A stretch of DNA of 64,000 nt from Bacteroidales bacterium (GTDB taxonomy: Bacteria > Bacteroidota > Bacteroidia > Bacteroidales > VadinHA17). Below the pieces are notes generated by a model. It ran no database searches, was not told the origin of the DNA, and saw nothing but the letters and a program-made list of their open reading frames with translations. The stretch is taken from positions 17,393-81,392 of the forward strand of contig DATALC010000074.1 in NCBI GenBank assembly GCA_036261265.1, read 5' to 3'. The position numbers were made by a program, and so were the translations under genes. This document shows, piece by piece, positions 45,642 through 54,921 of this stretch. Each line of letters starts with the position of its first letter. Within the stretch, counting starts at the first letter, position 1.

Positions 45642-46460
45642 TTACCTGATATTCCCGATCTTATAAACAATATCTTTCACATATTGCGCCCACTCCTGAT
45701 GTGATTTGTCGGATGTGAATGTCTGCCAACCTATTGGTTTTCCGAATGAAATTTCAACAGTTGTGTTATGTTGCTTCATCATTTCACGTGGAAGGAGGAT
45801 AGTCTCGAGATATGTTTTTATTCCGAGTGACTTTCGTGCATTCGCAATAAAATAAAAGAAGCCGGAATTCCGGCCTGAAATGTGGATCGGAATAATATCT
45901 CTTTTAAAACTGATTGATTTCGTAATAAAAGACTTCTGCCAGGCAGGATCTTCGATTTTACCTTTATGTCGTCGTGATACTTCGCCTGAAGGGAATATCA
46001 TTATGGGCTTGTCAGATGCAAACAATGAATTAAGCTTTTCAGCAGTTTCCTTTGTGTTCCTGCCAAAAACATTTACACCTAAGATCAATGGCCGAAGATG
46101 TGGAATGTAATTAAACAGCTCATTTGACGGGGAGATCACATCGGGATAATACAGTGCTATAGCACTTAAAAGACTGAGGGAATCAATCGCGCCGACGGGG
46201 TGGTTGGCCGCGAATACAAATCTTCCGGAAGATGGTACATTATCACCCCCATTAATTTTTATCTTAACATTCCATTCTTCAAGTATCCCATTTACGAAGG
46301 GAATGCCTTTTTTATTATCATTCCTCGATATTGTAGCATTCATTTCATCCTGATGGATTATCTTTTCCATCAGCCGGACTACAAAATGTGGGAGGGATCT
46401 TATGATACGCGAATTACTGTTCCTTATAATTTTATAAATGTCGATTTGTTTCCGGACCAT
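45642..46460 (-). CDS. PlsC-like lysophospholipid/lyso-lipid acyltransferase
   Basis: FVFAANHPVGAIDS (acyltransferase NHx..D catalytic block) and IFPSGEVSR (FPEG-like block). Confidence 0.7.
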   Translation of the reverse strand: MVRKQIDIYKIIRNSNSRIIRSLPHFVVRLMEKIIHQDEMNATISRNDNKKGIPFVNGILEEWNVKIKINGGDNVPSSGRFVFAANHPVGAIDSLSLLSAIALYYPDVISPSNELFNYIPHLRPLILGVNVFGRNTKETAEKLNSLFASDKPIMIFPSGEVSRRHKGKIEDPAWQKSFITKSISFKRDIIPIHISGRNSGFFYFIANARKSLGIKTYLETILLPREMMKQHNTTVEISFGKPIGWQTFTSDKSHQEWAQYVKDIVYKIGNIR

Positions 46461-46514
46461 TAAAGCGAATAATTTTGATTACAGGTGAAACGTATGTGTC
46501 AGGATTCTATTGCT

Positions 46515-46871
46515 CTATTCGACTACTTCAGCTTTATCGAAATGACCTGAATCAGTGTAAGTAACTCTCCTGCTATACACCTTCTTTGCTCCTTTACCTC
46601 CAAAAAATCCCCATCCGCCACTTCCAATGAGAAAGCCAAGAGCATACAGACCGCCATTGTTGTTCTGAGCGTACATTGTAATCTCATCATTGAACAACAT
46701 GCCGATAAAATCGAAAGGAGCGATAAATCCGTGCCACAATCCGCCAAAGAATCCGTATTCATGTCCTGACAGGCAGGCTGTTACACTCTCATTATTTGCA
46801 CAGCCCGAAAGTGTTATTATACCTAACGGAAGAAGAAGCCAGAGAATATTCCTGTAATTGCTGATTTTCAT
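46515..46871 (-). CDS. small glycine-rich lipoprotein
   Basis: Lipobox LSGC after a signal peptide. Gly-zipper-like GFLIGSGGWGFFGGKG. Confidence 0.5.
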   Translation of the reverse strand: MKISNYRNILWLLLPLGIITLSGCANNESVTACLSGHEYGFFGGLWHGFIAPFDFIGMLFNDEITMYAQNNNGGLYALGFLIGSGGWGFFGGKGAKKVYSRRVTYTDSGHFDKAEVVE

Positions 46872-46934
46872 GATAATAGTTGTTTATTGCCTGATTTTAA
46901 AACTATCTGAAAGAGGTTCCGGGTCGTTTCAATA

Positions 46935-47465
46935 TCAAAAAAGTGAAAGTTCATATTCTTTTCCAGAATGTTTTTTCTCGTGTTCAAGGAGCCATTTTTT
47001 TCGTTCCATTCCAGCAGCATAACCAGTGAGTCCGCCATCTGTGCCTACAACTCTGTGGCATGGGATCACAATTGCTATCCTGTTGCTGCCATTTGCATGT
47101 GCTACTGCCCTGATTGATTTTGGGTTACCGAGTGCAACAGATTGTTCCAGATATGTGCATGTGCTTCCATATTTAATTTTAAGAAGCTCATTCCATACAT
47201 TTTTCTGAAACGGGGTGCCCGCCATGTCCAAGGGAACTGTGAACTGCCTGAGTTTACCATCGAAATAGCCGGATAGCTGGTTTTCAAGATTCTCAAGATG
47301 GTTGTTTGTTCCCCTAACTGCATGAAGTTTGAAATAATCTTCAATCGATTTAAATCCATCGTCATGAGTTATTCCGCCATTGAACGACAAAAAGCAGATT
47401 CCTTCAGAAGAAGAACAGGCTGTTAAGCGCCCCAGCGGCGATTCTATGTCTTTATAAACAAGCAT
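46935..47465 (-). CDS. ogt: methylated-DNA--protein-cysteine methyltransferase
   Basis: Active-site IPCHRVVG. ATG at 47465 (MLVYKDIESPLG) avoids overlap with the upstream gene. Confidence 0.85.
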   Translation of the reverse strand: MLVYKDIESPLGRLTACSSSEGICFLSFNGGITHDDGFKSIEDYFKLHAVRGTNNHLENLENQLSGYFDGKLRQFTVPLDMAGTPFQKNVWNELLKIKYGSTCTYLEQSVALGNPKSIRAVAHANGSNRIAIVIPCHRVVGTDGGLTGYAAGMERKKWLLEHEKKHSGKEYELSLF

Positions 47466-47475
47466 TGTGATGTGT

Positions 47476-47901
47476 TCAGTTGCTTTTCGGAGCGCTGCGT
47501 AAGGATTTAATGTATTTGACATTCCTGAATCGGAGCGCTGACCAGTTTTCATCTATTGAGATCATTCTTACACCGCGGAACCCGGCATCATTAAGCGCCT
47601 TCCATCCATGATCCCTGTCAATAGTTGTTTTTTGTCTCTTTGAGCCTTTTTTCGGGTAACAGAACCACAAAACACCATCAGCTGTCAGATTATGCAAAGC
47701 TATTGGAGTTAAATGAGCCACTTCAGTCACACCTGAAACAAACAGGATCATGAAACTGTAAGGATATCGCGGATCTATTTTTTTGTCAATGATAACATCA
47801 TTGAGCTTACCGGACAGATAGTTTGAAAAACTTTCTTCCGCATTTATAACAGCTATCCTGTCCTGCCTCTTATAATTGAGCTTTACAAGAAGATCGGTCA
47901 T
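47476..47901 (-). CDS. hypothetical protein
   Basis: 141-aa ORF co-oriented with ogt and 10 nt upstream of it. No motif recognised. Confidence 0.4.
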   Translation of the reverse strand: MTDLLVKLNYKRQDRIAVINAEESFSNYLSGKLNDVIIDKKIDPRYPYSFMILFVSGVTEVAHLTPIALHNLTADGVLWFCYPKKGSKRQKTTIDRDHGWKALNDAGFRGVRMISIDENWSALRFRNVKYIKSLRSAPKSN

Positions 47902-47962
47902 GCCCGCACTCTGATTTAATCGCTAAGTTAAACAAAAAATTGCAATTTATGTTAAAAGGTTT

Positions 47963-47970
47963 TACCTTTG
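47963..47970 (+). promoter_or_regulatory. Bacteroidota -7 promoter box (TAnnTTTG)
   Basis: TACCTTTG lies just upstream of the TPP riboswitch. Confidence 0.55.
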
Positions 47971-47974
47971 CAGC

Positions 47975-48060
47975 TCAATAATGGGGTGCCTTATAACAAC
48001 GGGCTGAGATCATACCCTTAGAACCTGATCCGGGTAATGCCGGCGTAGGGAGGAAGAGTA
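47975..48060 (+). promoter_or_regulatory. TPP riboswitch (THI element)
   Basis: GGGGTGCC...GGGCTGAGA...ACCCTTAGAACCTGATCCGGGTAATGCCGGCGTAGGGAGG matches the conserved THI-box core (CUGAGA; ACCUGAUCyGGnUAAUnCCnGCGnAGGGA). Confidence 0.9.
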
Positions 48061-48125
48061 TAAAACAAAACAGCATTTTTTCATAAGTCACTCCGGAAGT
48101 TCAACTAGTAAAACGGACTTATGTT

Positions 48126-50543
48126 ATGAAACGAATGATTCTGTTTTTTTCAGCGCTCTTATTCATTGTTTACACAAAGGCACAGGTATCGTCCTCAATA
48201 CACGGGAAGGTTACAGATGAAAACGGAGAGCCGCTTTCAGGTGTATCGGTAACAGTTTTTGATACGTATATTGGCGTCAGCACCGGTTATGATGGTACGT
48301 TTAGGATCAACGGATTGCAGGATGGCAGCTATACTCTCAGATTTTCCCATATCGGATATGAGTTTCAGACAAAAGAAGTCCTGCTCAGGAATGAGATTAA
48401 AGTTGATATTACACTAAGTCAATTGCAGTATATGACGGGGGAAGTTCTTGTAAATGCAACAAGAGCTTCGGATAATGCACCTCTTGCATACAGTTCGATT
48501 GATAAGGATATTATTAAAAAGACAAACATATCACAGGATATTCCATATCTTCTCAGTCTTACACCCTCTGTCGTTGAAACATCTGAAGCAGGAAACGGAG
48601 TGGGTTATACCGGAATGAGGATACGTGGAACCGATGCAAACAGGATCAATGTGACTGTCGACGGGATACCTATAAACGATCCAGAGTCGCAGAGTGTTTT
48701 CTGGGTGGACGTGCCTGATATTGCCTCCTCTGTTGATAACATCCAGATTCAGCGGGGTGTCGGAACATCATCCAACGGCGCAGGGGCATTTGGCGCCACA
48801 GTGAGCCTTCAGACAAGCAATCCCGGGAACGTTCCTTCTGTTGAGGCAGGTTCTTCCTATGGCTCATTCAATACATTTAAAAACACAGTTTCTGTTTCAA
48901 CAGGAATGCTGCACGACAGGTTTGCTTTCCAGGTAAGATACTCGGACATCAATAGTGACGGCTTTATTGACAGGACATGGTCTGATCATAAATCGGCTTT
49001 CCTCGGTGGTTTGTACAGGACGGGCAAATCACTTTTAAGGGCAAACATCATCCTTGGTGAAGAGCATACGGGCCTGGGATGGTGGGGTGTTCCGAAAGAC
49101 TCCCTGAAAGCAAACAGGACATACAATCCTGCCGGCCAGTATACAGACGATAACGGCAATATAAGGTTCTACGATAATGAGAGTGATAACTACAACCAGA
49201 ACCATTACCAGTTATTATACAGTCTTGCCGCTACAAAAAGTCTGAATCTTAATATTGCTCTTCATTATACTCCGGGCAAGGGATACTACGAAGAATATAA
49301 GGAAGATGAGAATCTTGCTGACTACGGACTGAATCCTGTTTTTATCGGCGGAGATACAATAACATTCTCCGACATAATCAGAAGAAAATGGATGAGGAAT
49401 GATTTTGCAGGAGTAATATATTCTGCCGAGTTCAGAAAAAACAGGTTTACTTTTACCGCCGGCGGAGGATTGAACACATTTATTGGTGATCATTACGGGA
49501 CGATTATCTGGATGAGAACAGCAGGAAACACTGAAAAAGATCATCAATGGTATAAAAATGATGCCGTAAAATCAGAATTCAGCATTTACGGGAAGATTAA
49601 CTATGGTCTGTCTGAAAATACGAGGGTTTTTGGCGATCTTCAGTACAGGTATATATATTACAGGATGAGAGGACCCGATGACGATCTTAAAGATATAAGC
49701 CAGAAACACAGGTTTGGTTTTTTCAATCCAAAAGCCGGGATTTATCATAACATTAATCAGAACCAGGATCTGTGGGTTTCATTTGCAGTTGCAAACAAAG
49801 AACCCACAAGAGCTGATTACAAGGAAGCATCAGGTGATCCTTCCGCAACACCTCTTCCTGAAACATTATATGATGTCGAGACAGGTTATAAGCTTCGCAC
49901 CGGCAAAAGTTCATTTTCAGTGAACCTGTACGGTATGTTTTATAAAGATCAGCTTGTTCCAACAGGACAGCTAAGCAATGTCGGTTACTCTATTATGACA
50001 AACGTTGCCCGAAGCTACCGCGCAGGCATTGAACTTTCTGCGGCCGTGAAGTTTTCCGATCATCTTTCCTGGAATTCAAACCTTACACTAAGCCGGAATA
50101 AAATAAAAGATTTTGTCGAATACTATACAGATTACAACACATCAGACTGGTCTTCGCAATACATTGCAAAAAATCTTGGCCTTGTTGATATTGCATATTC
50201 ACCTTCACAGGTTTTCTCAAGTGATCTTGCATTCAGTTCAGGAATTTTTAGAATTCATCTGATAAGCAAGTTTGTCGGGAAACAGTATTTTGATAATACA
50301 ATGAGTGAAGATAGATCAATAGACCCTTATTTCGTTAATAATGTTAGATTCGATATTTCTCAGGGATTCAGGAATTCAGGCGCAATTGAGATACAGTTTC
50401 TTATAAATAATATACTTAACGAAGTATATGAGAATAATGCTTATGGCGGTAACTGGTATGAGGATGGTACCGAAAAGACATGGTCATATTATTTTCCGCA
50501 GGCCGGGACAAACTACATGTTGAGGCTTGGTTTGAAATTCTGA
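48126..50543 (+). CDS. TonB-dependent receptor (thiamine-regulated outer-membrane transporter)
   Basis: Signal peptide, carboxypeptidase-regulatory-like domain (IHGKVTDENGEPLSGVSVTV), plug domain, 22-strand-barrel length, C-terminal ...LRLGLKF. Confidence 0.85.
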   Translation: MKRMILFFSALLFIVYTKAQVSSSIHGKVTDENGEPLSGVSVTVFDTYIGVSTGYDGTFRINGLQDGSYTLRFSHIGYEFQTKEVLLRNEIKVDITLSQLQYMTGEVLVNATRASDNAPLAYSSIDKDIIKKTNISQDIPYLLSLTPSVVETSEAGNGVGYTGMRIRGTDANRINVTVDGIPINDPESQSVFWVDVPDIASSVDNIQIQRGVGTSSNGAGAFGATVSLQTSNPGNVPSVEAGSSYGSFNTFKNTVSVSTGMLHDRFAFQVRYSDINSDGFIDRTWSDHKSAFLGGLYRTGKSLLRANIILGEEHTGLGWWGVPKDSLKANRTYNPAGQYTDDNGNIRFYDNESDNYNQNHYQLLYSLAATKSLNLNIALHYTPGKGYYEEYKEDENLADYGLNPVFIGGDTITFSDIIRRKWMRNDFAGVIYSAEFRKNRFTFTAGGGLNTFIGDHYGTIIWMRTAGNTEKDHQWYKNDAVKSEFSIYGKINYGLSENTRVFGDLQYRYIYYRMRGPDDDLKDISQKHRFGFFNPKAGIYHNINQNQDLWVSFAVANKEPTRADYKEASGDPSATPLPETLYDVETGYKLRTGKSSFSVNLYGMFYKDQLVPTGQLSNVGYSIMTNVARSYRAGIELSAAVKFSDHLSWNSNLTLSRNKIKDFVEYYTDYNTSDWSSQYIAKNLGLVDIAYSPSQVFSSDLAFSSGIFRIHLISKFVGKQYFDNTMSEDRSIDPYFVNNVRFDISQGFRNSGAIEIQFLINNILNEVYENNAYGGNWYEDGTEKTWSYYFPQAGTNYMLRLGLKF

Positions 50544-50546
50544 TGT

Positions 50547-51164
50547 ATGGATATTCTTTCCTGGTTTCAAAATAATATAATTGAGATATTCGGGTCAGTT
50601 ACCGGGATAATTTATGTTTTCCTTGAGATAAGGCAAAACAAGCTGCTTTGGCCGGTTGGTATTGTCACTTCCGGAGTTTATATATGGGTCTTTCTAACAA
50701 GTAAATTCTATGCCGATATGAGCCTCCAGGTTTATTACCTTGTAATAAGCCTTTTAGGTTGGTATTGGTGGTCAAAGCCTGAGAAAGCCGGCGGGAATTC
50801 TAAAAAAGAAAAGAGCAATGAACTACATGTCAGTAGATTAAGATTAAAGCAGGCAATTTATACTGTATTAGTCTTTGTACTGCTTTATGGAATAATGTGG
50901 GTCATTCTTTCAAATTTCACAGATTCGCCGGTGCCTGAATGGGATTCTTTTCTTACATCACTTTCGATTATTGCAACATGGATGCTTGCAAGAAAAATTT
51001 ATGAGCACTGGTTTATATGGATTGTTGTCAACTCTGCTTCTGCTGTTATTTTTTTCACACGTGGCCTTTTTCCCACTGTAATCCTGTATTTTGTATACGC
51101 CGTGATGTCAGTTGTTGGTCTGTTTGAATGGAAGAAGAGCTTAAAACATACTGATCCCCAGTAA
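50547..51164 (+). CDS. pnuT: PnuC-family transporter (PnuT-type, probable thiamine uptake)
   Basis: 205 aa with 7 TM segments and HWFIWIVVNSASAVIF, the PnuC-type W..W...N block. Riboswitch context. Confidence 0.75.
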   Translation: MDILSWFQNNIIEIFGSVTGIIYVFLEIRQNKLLWPVGIVTSGVYIWVFLTSKFYADMSLQVYYLVISLLGWYWWSKPEKAGGNSKKEKSNELHVSRLRLKQAIYTVLVFVLLYGIMWVILSNFTDSPVPEWDSFLTSLSIIATWMLARKIYEHWFIWIVVNSASAVIFFTRGLFPTVILYFVYAVMSVVGLFEWKKSLKHTDPQ

Positions 51165-51200
51165 AATTGCTTAACTTTGAGCATTGTGGTGCAACTTTCT

Positions 51201-51238
51201 CTTCATAAAAAGAGACTCACTACTGATATTTTATGAAG
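51201..51238 (+). promoter_or_regulatory. perfect 10-bp-stem hairpin abutting the TPK start codon
   Basis: CTTCATAAAA (51201-51210) and TTTTATGAAG (51229-51238). The ATG is at 51240. A TAACTTTG box lies at 51172-51179. Confidence 0.4.
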
Positions 51239-51239
51239 A

Positions 51240-51872
51240 ATGAATAATCCTTTTAACAGAACAGTTATAGTTGCTGATGGATCATTTCCAGGTCATGCTA
51301 TACCTCTCAGATATATTAAAAATGCATCGAGGATAATCTGTTGCGACGGGAGTACAATGAATGTACTTAATGCAGGTTATGTTCCTGATGCGATAGTAGG
51401 TGATATGGATTCGATAAATGAGGAAGTTGCATTTAAATTCGCTGACAGGATTTATACAATTGAAGAGCAGGATACAAATGATCTTACAAAAGCGGTCAGG
51501 TGGTGTACTTCAAAAGGTTATAACGATCTTGTAATTACAGGAGCAACAGGCAAGCGGGAAGATCACACGATCGGAAATATTTCGCTTCTCGCTGAGTATG
51601 TAACGACAGTAAAAGTTATGATGATCACTGACACTGGCTTTTTCATCCCGGTTAATTCCTCTTCAACACTTCCATCTTTCCCCGGACAACAGGTTTCAAT
51701 ATTTTCAATAGACTGCGATACCGAGATCACTTCACGGGGGTTGAAATACCCGCTGAATCAAAGCAGGCTTAACAACTGGTGGCAGGCAACTCTTAATGAG
51801 TCTCTCAGCGAAAACTTTTATATTGAGATTAATAATGGCAGATTGATTATATACCTGAAATTTGAAGGGTAA
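51240..51872 (+). CDS. thiamine diphosphokinase (thiamine pyrophosphokinase)
   Basis: 210 aa with IVGDMDSI (GDxDS) and ITGATGKREDH blocks. Confidence 0.8.
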   Translation: MNNPFNRTVIVADGSFPGHAIPLRYIKNASRIICCDGSTMNVLNAGYVPDAIVGDMDSINEEVAFKFADRIYTIEEQDTNDLTKAVRWCTSKGYNDLVITGATGKREDHTIGNISLLAEYVTTVKVMMITDTGFFIPVNSSSTLPSFPGQQVSIFSIDCDTEITSRGLKYPLNQSRLNNWWQATLNESLSENFYIEINNGRLIIYLKFEG

Positions 51873-51890
51873 ATCTGTTGTCAGAGTCAG

Positions 51891-52829
51891 TCAATTCTGA
51901 CCTTCCTCAGTTTTTACAAGATTTATTAACTGTACCCTGCTTCTCACATTCGTTTTTATATAAATCCTGTGAGTATGGTCTTTTACTGTCTGTAAACTTA
52001 TAAACAGCTTATCTGAAATTTCCTGGTTGCTCAGTCCGTTACATATTTCCCTTATAATATCCTTTTCCCTGGGCGAAATATCATATCTGCTGCAGAATTC
52101 ATCAAATGAGATGTTTTTCATTGTATCATCCTGAGATTTCTCAGATAAAACGTTTCCGTATGTCAGATAAACAGGAAGAAATGCATTTCCGGTGAAGAAA
52201 AACAAAGTGAAAACAAGTCCAGTCAGTATCTGGCCCTCATATAGATACAAAGGAATGCATTGTGACAGCATCACAAGTATCAGTGAAGCAGCTATGATCC
52301 TGCTTTTATCAGAATTCTTCAGGGGAATCTTTCTTCTGTGAAGAATTATAAGCAAAGATGCTATTATAGAAGAGAGACAATTCAATATAATTAAATATAT
52401 CTTTAATAGCATTGCAGGTCTGATTCCCCCTTCCTGTGCAATACTGTATCCTATTATGGCAAGTAACACGAAGTTTGATAAAAGAAAGGCAATTGTCATC
52501 GCCATACTGCAGTTTCTGCCAGAGAGACCACATGAAAGCCTGATCAGCATGAGCCATGCAAAAACAAGAAAAGGAAGTCCGATCAGACTTGATATTTCTG
52601 TAATACGGCTGAGAATCTCCGGTGAAATTAATGAGGAAAGGTAAGCCCTTATAACAACCTGCCCCCATATTCCATAGAATCCGAAAGTATAGATGAAAAT
52701 CTGGAAGTAAAGCAATGATGAAAAAACTTCATTATGAAATTTGTTCCTCAGCCTTGTGGAAAGGATAATTCCCCCGGTAGCAAGCGCTGCTGAGATGATA
52801 AATATCAGCGATACTATATAGTATAACAT
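51891..52829 (-). CDS. membrane-embedded LuxR-family transcriptional regulator (multi-TM N-terminus plus C-terminal HTH)
   Basis: About 6-7 TM helices, then LSPREKDIIREICNGLSNQEISDKLFISLQTVKDHTHRIYIKTNV (GerE/LuxR HTH). Confidence 0.75.
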   Translation of the reverse strand: MLYYIVSLIFIISAALATGGIILSTRLRNKFHNEVFSSLLYFQIFIYTFGFYGIWGQVVIRAYLSSLISPEILSRITEISSLIGLPFLVFAWLMLIRLSCGLSGRNCSMAMTIAFLLSNFVLLAIIGYSIAQEGGIRPAMLLKIYLIILNCLSSIIASLLIILHRRKIPLKNSDKSRIIAASLILVMLSQCIPLYLYEGQILTGLVFTLFFFTGNAFLPVYLTYGNVLSEKSQDDTMKNISFDEFCSRYDISPREKDIIREICNGLSNQEISDKLFISLQTVKDHTHRIYIKTNVRSRVQLINLVKTEEGQN

Positions 52830-52902
52830 TGTTATAAAGATAAAAAAAACCTGAATGCAGGATAAACATAATAACTACGAAAGTATTGGCATACATACTT
52901 AA

Positions 52903-52925
52903 GTAGTGATATTCAAAATCACTAC
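52903..52925. promoter_or_regulatory. perfect 8-bp inverted repeat in a divergent intergenic region (candidate operator)
   Basis: GTAGTGAT-attcaaa-ATCACTAC. Confidence 0.3.
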
Positions 52926-52957
52926 AATAGTATGAAGTCCACTGCAAAAACCTGATG

Positions 52958-52965
52958 TAAGTTTG
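52958..52965 (+). promoter_or_regulatory. Bacteroidota -7 promoter box (TAnnTTTG)
   Basis: TAAGTTTG lies 31 nt upstream of the ATG at 52997. Confidence 0.45.
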
Positions 52966-52996
52966 CTTCATATACAAATGCTTAAAAATCTCTGAA

Positions 52997-53743
52997 ATGG
53001 AAACAAAAAATGAATACACGTTACGACCGACTTTTGGCGACAGCTTTGGAACAGGCTGGAGAGTTATGGCTGATAATTTTTTAAGACTGTTACTTGTTGT
53101 AATAATACTTGGTATCCTTACGGCTCCCTTTAAATTCCTTGATTTTAAATTCAATGCTCATGACCTTGATAATATGGGCGATTTCTTCAGGGGAAATGAT
53201 TTCAGTCAAATGTTTGCTATCGGCACGCTTGGAGTGCTAGCTGCTTTCTTTGCGTTGATCGCAATGCTCTATGCTCTTCTTATTGCTCCTGTTTTCAATT
53301 ATGGTGGCGATATGATATTTGTGCAAAGTGTAAGGAAAATAAAGCCTGATTTTGAATACCTTATTAAAGGTTTCATGGAAAACTATTTTCACATTGTGCT
53401 TGCTAACCTTCTTGTTACAGCCTTAATTGTGATGGGATTCTTTCTTCTTATAATCCCGGGAATAATCCTGGCATGCAGGCTTGTTTTTGTTTCATATATA
53501 ATAATGGATAAAAAAGTGGATCCGATTGAAGCTGTTGAAATGAGCTGGCGTCTGACAAGAGGCCACGGATGGAGGATATTCCTTATGGGTATTGTTTCAT
53601 TTTTCATAATCTTGTTCGGATTGCTTATGCTTATTGTCGGGATCTTCCCTGCAATAATGTGGGTAGCCAGTTCCTTCGCTTCACTTTATGAGTCAGTTTT
53701 AAGGGAAAAGCAACCTGTAATTGAAACACAGCCTGCAATCTGA
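52997..53743 (+). CDS. integral membrane protein, function unknown
   Basis: 248 aa with about 5 TM segments and no catalytic motif recognised. Confidence 0.55.
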   Translation: METKNEYTLRPTFGDSFGTGWRVMADNFLRLLLVVIILGILTAPFKFLDFKFNAHDLDNMGDFFRGNDFSQMFAIGTLGVLAAFFALIAMLYALLIAPVFNYGGDMIFVQSVRKIKPDFEYLIKGFMENYFHIVLANLLVTALIVMGFFLLIIPGIILACRLVFVSYIIMDKKVDPIEAVEMSWRLTRGHGWRIFLMGIVSFFIILFGLLMLIVGIFPAIMWVASSFASLYESVLREKQPVIETQPAI

Positions 53744-53857
53744 TTCAACAATTTACCTTTTTTCAATTCAGTTCAAGCATGGACAGGTTTATGCCTGTTC
53801 ATGCTATTTGTTTTTAACGGGGAAATTTCCTTAATTTACTTTCTAAATCATTTACCC

Positions 53858-54841
53858 ATGAAAAAAAGAATAATCCTTTTGCTGTTTTCTGTGATGCTTA
53901 TCCTGCCGGTATCCTCATACGGTCAGTTTGGCGGTGTTGTCAGGAGAGCAGTTAACAGGCAGATAAATAACGAGGTCGATTCCGCGCTTGATAAGAAAGT
54001 ACAGGATGAACAAAACAAAAACCGTGCGAAAAAAGCTGAAGAGCAGAAAGCAAACGAAGCAGCAGCTGCACAGGCCAAACCTGAAACCGATCAGAAGGAC
54101 AATCAGGAATCAGCAGCTCCCTCGCAGGAAAGCAATGATGCAGGAGCCCCTGCTTTCAGCGGGCTTTTCGGTAATAAAGTAACTCTGAAGTATAAGGATG
54201 ATTATAGTTTCACTTCCCGGATTCACATGATAACCGAGCAATACGACAAGAAAGAGGTGACAAAGATGAACTTTTTTATGTTCTATAGTTCCAGCAACCC
54301 ATATATTGGAATTGAAACTGAGCCAATTACAGATACTGAAAATGAAACTGAGGTAAGTGCAAAAATTGTGATGGATGGAGAAAACAAGATATTCCTGATG
54401 CTTACAGACGCAAACGGGATGAAGATGGGAACAATTTCGGAAATCCCTGATGAGAATACAACTGTAACAGGTCCTGACGGTAAACCCGTTAAAAATTATA
54501 AACCACCGACATTTACCAAAACCGGTAACACAAGAGTTGTTGCAGGATACAAGTGCGAAGAATACAGCTATAAGGAAGCAGATTCAAAAGCCACAGGAAA
54601 AGTCTGGTTTACAAAAGATGCAAATCTTAAGATCGACAAACGCGGATGGAACAGCTCGAGCATGTCATACTATTATGGCAGTCACCAGTTTGATGATGGA
54701 ATAATTCTCGCAAATGAGGCATACGATGAAAAAGGCAAGATCGAGAGCAAATCAGAAACAGTTGAAATAAACGAGAACTTTCCTCATAATATTTCTGCTA
54801 CCGGGTATACATTGAGGCAGATGAACCTGAACAAGAAGTAA
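53858..54841 (+). CDS. secreted protein, DUF4412-like, with K/E/A/Q-rich low-complexity linker
   Basis: Start at ATG 53858 (MKKRIILLLFSVMLILPVSSYGQ signal peptide). C-terminal VAGYKCEEYSYKE block. Confidence 0.55.
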   Translation: MKKRIILLLFSVMLILPVSSYGQFGGVVRRAVNRQINNEVDSALDKKVQDEQNKNRAKKAEEQKANEAAAAQAKPETDQKDNQESAAPSQESNDAGAPAFSGLFGNKVTLKYKDDYSFTSRIHMITEQYDKKEVTKMNFFMFYSSSNPYIGIETEPITDTENETEVSAKIVMDGENKIFLMLTDANGMKMGTISEIPDENTTVTGPDGKPVKNYKPPTFTKTGNTRVVAGYKCEEYSYKEADSKATGKVWFTKDANLKIDKRGWNSSSMSYYYGSHQFDDGIILANEAYDEKGKIESKSETVEINENFPHNISATGYTLRQMNLNKK

Positions 54842-54862
54842 ATTTCTTCATTACAAAAATAT

Positions 54863-54900
54863 ATTCGGGTCCGCAGATTTCTTTATCTACGGACCCGAAT
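54863..54900. terminator. bidirectional hairpin terminator between convergent genes
   Basis: ATTCGGGTCCG (54863-54873) and CGGACCCGAAT (54890-54900): an 11-bp perfect stem. Confidence 0.6.
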
Positions 54901-54921
54901 TCATTTGAGCAGATCAATATG

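Noticed and set aside
52732-53154. 140-aa minus-strand ORF spanning the divergent intergenic region
   Set aside because: It overlaps the starts of both flanking, well-supported genes and contains the promoter region. No motifs.
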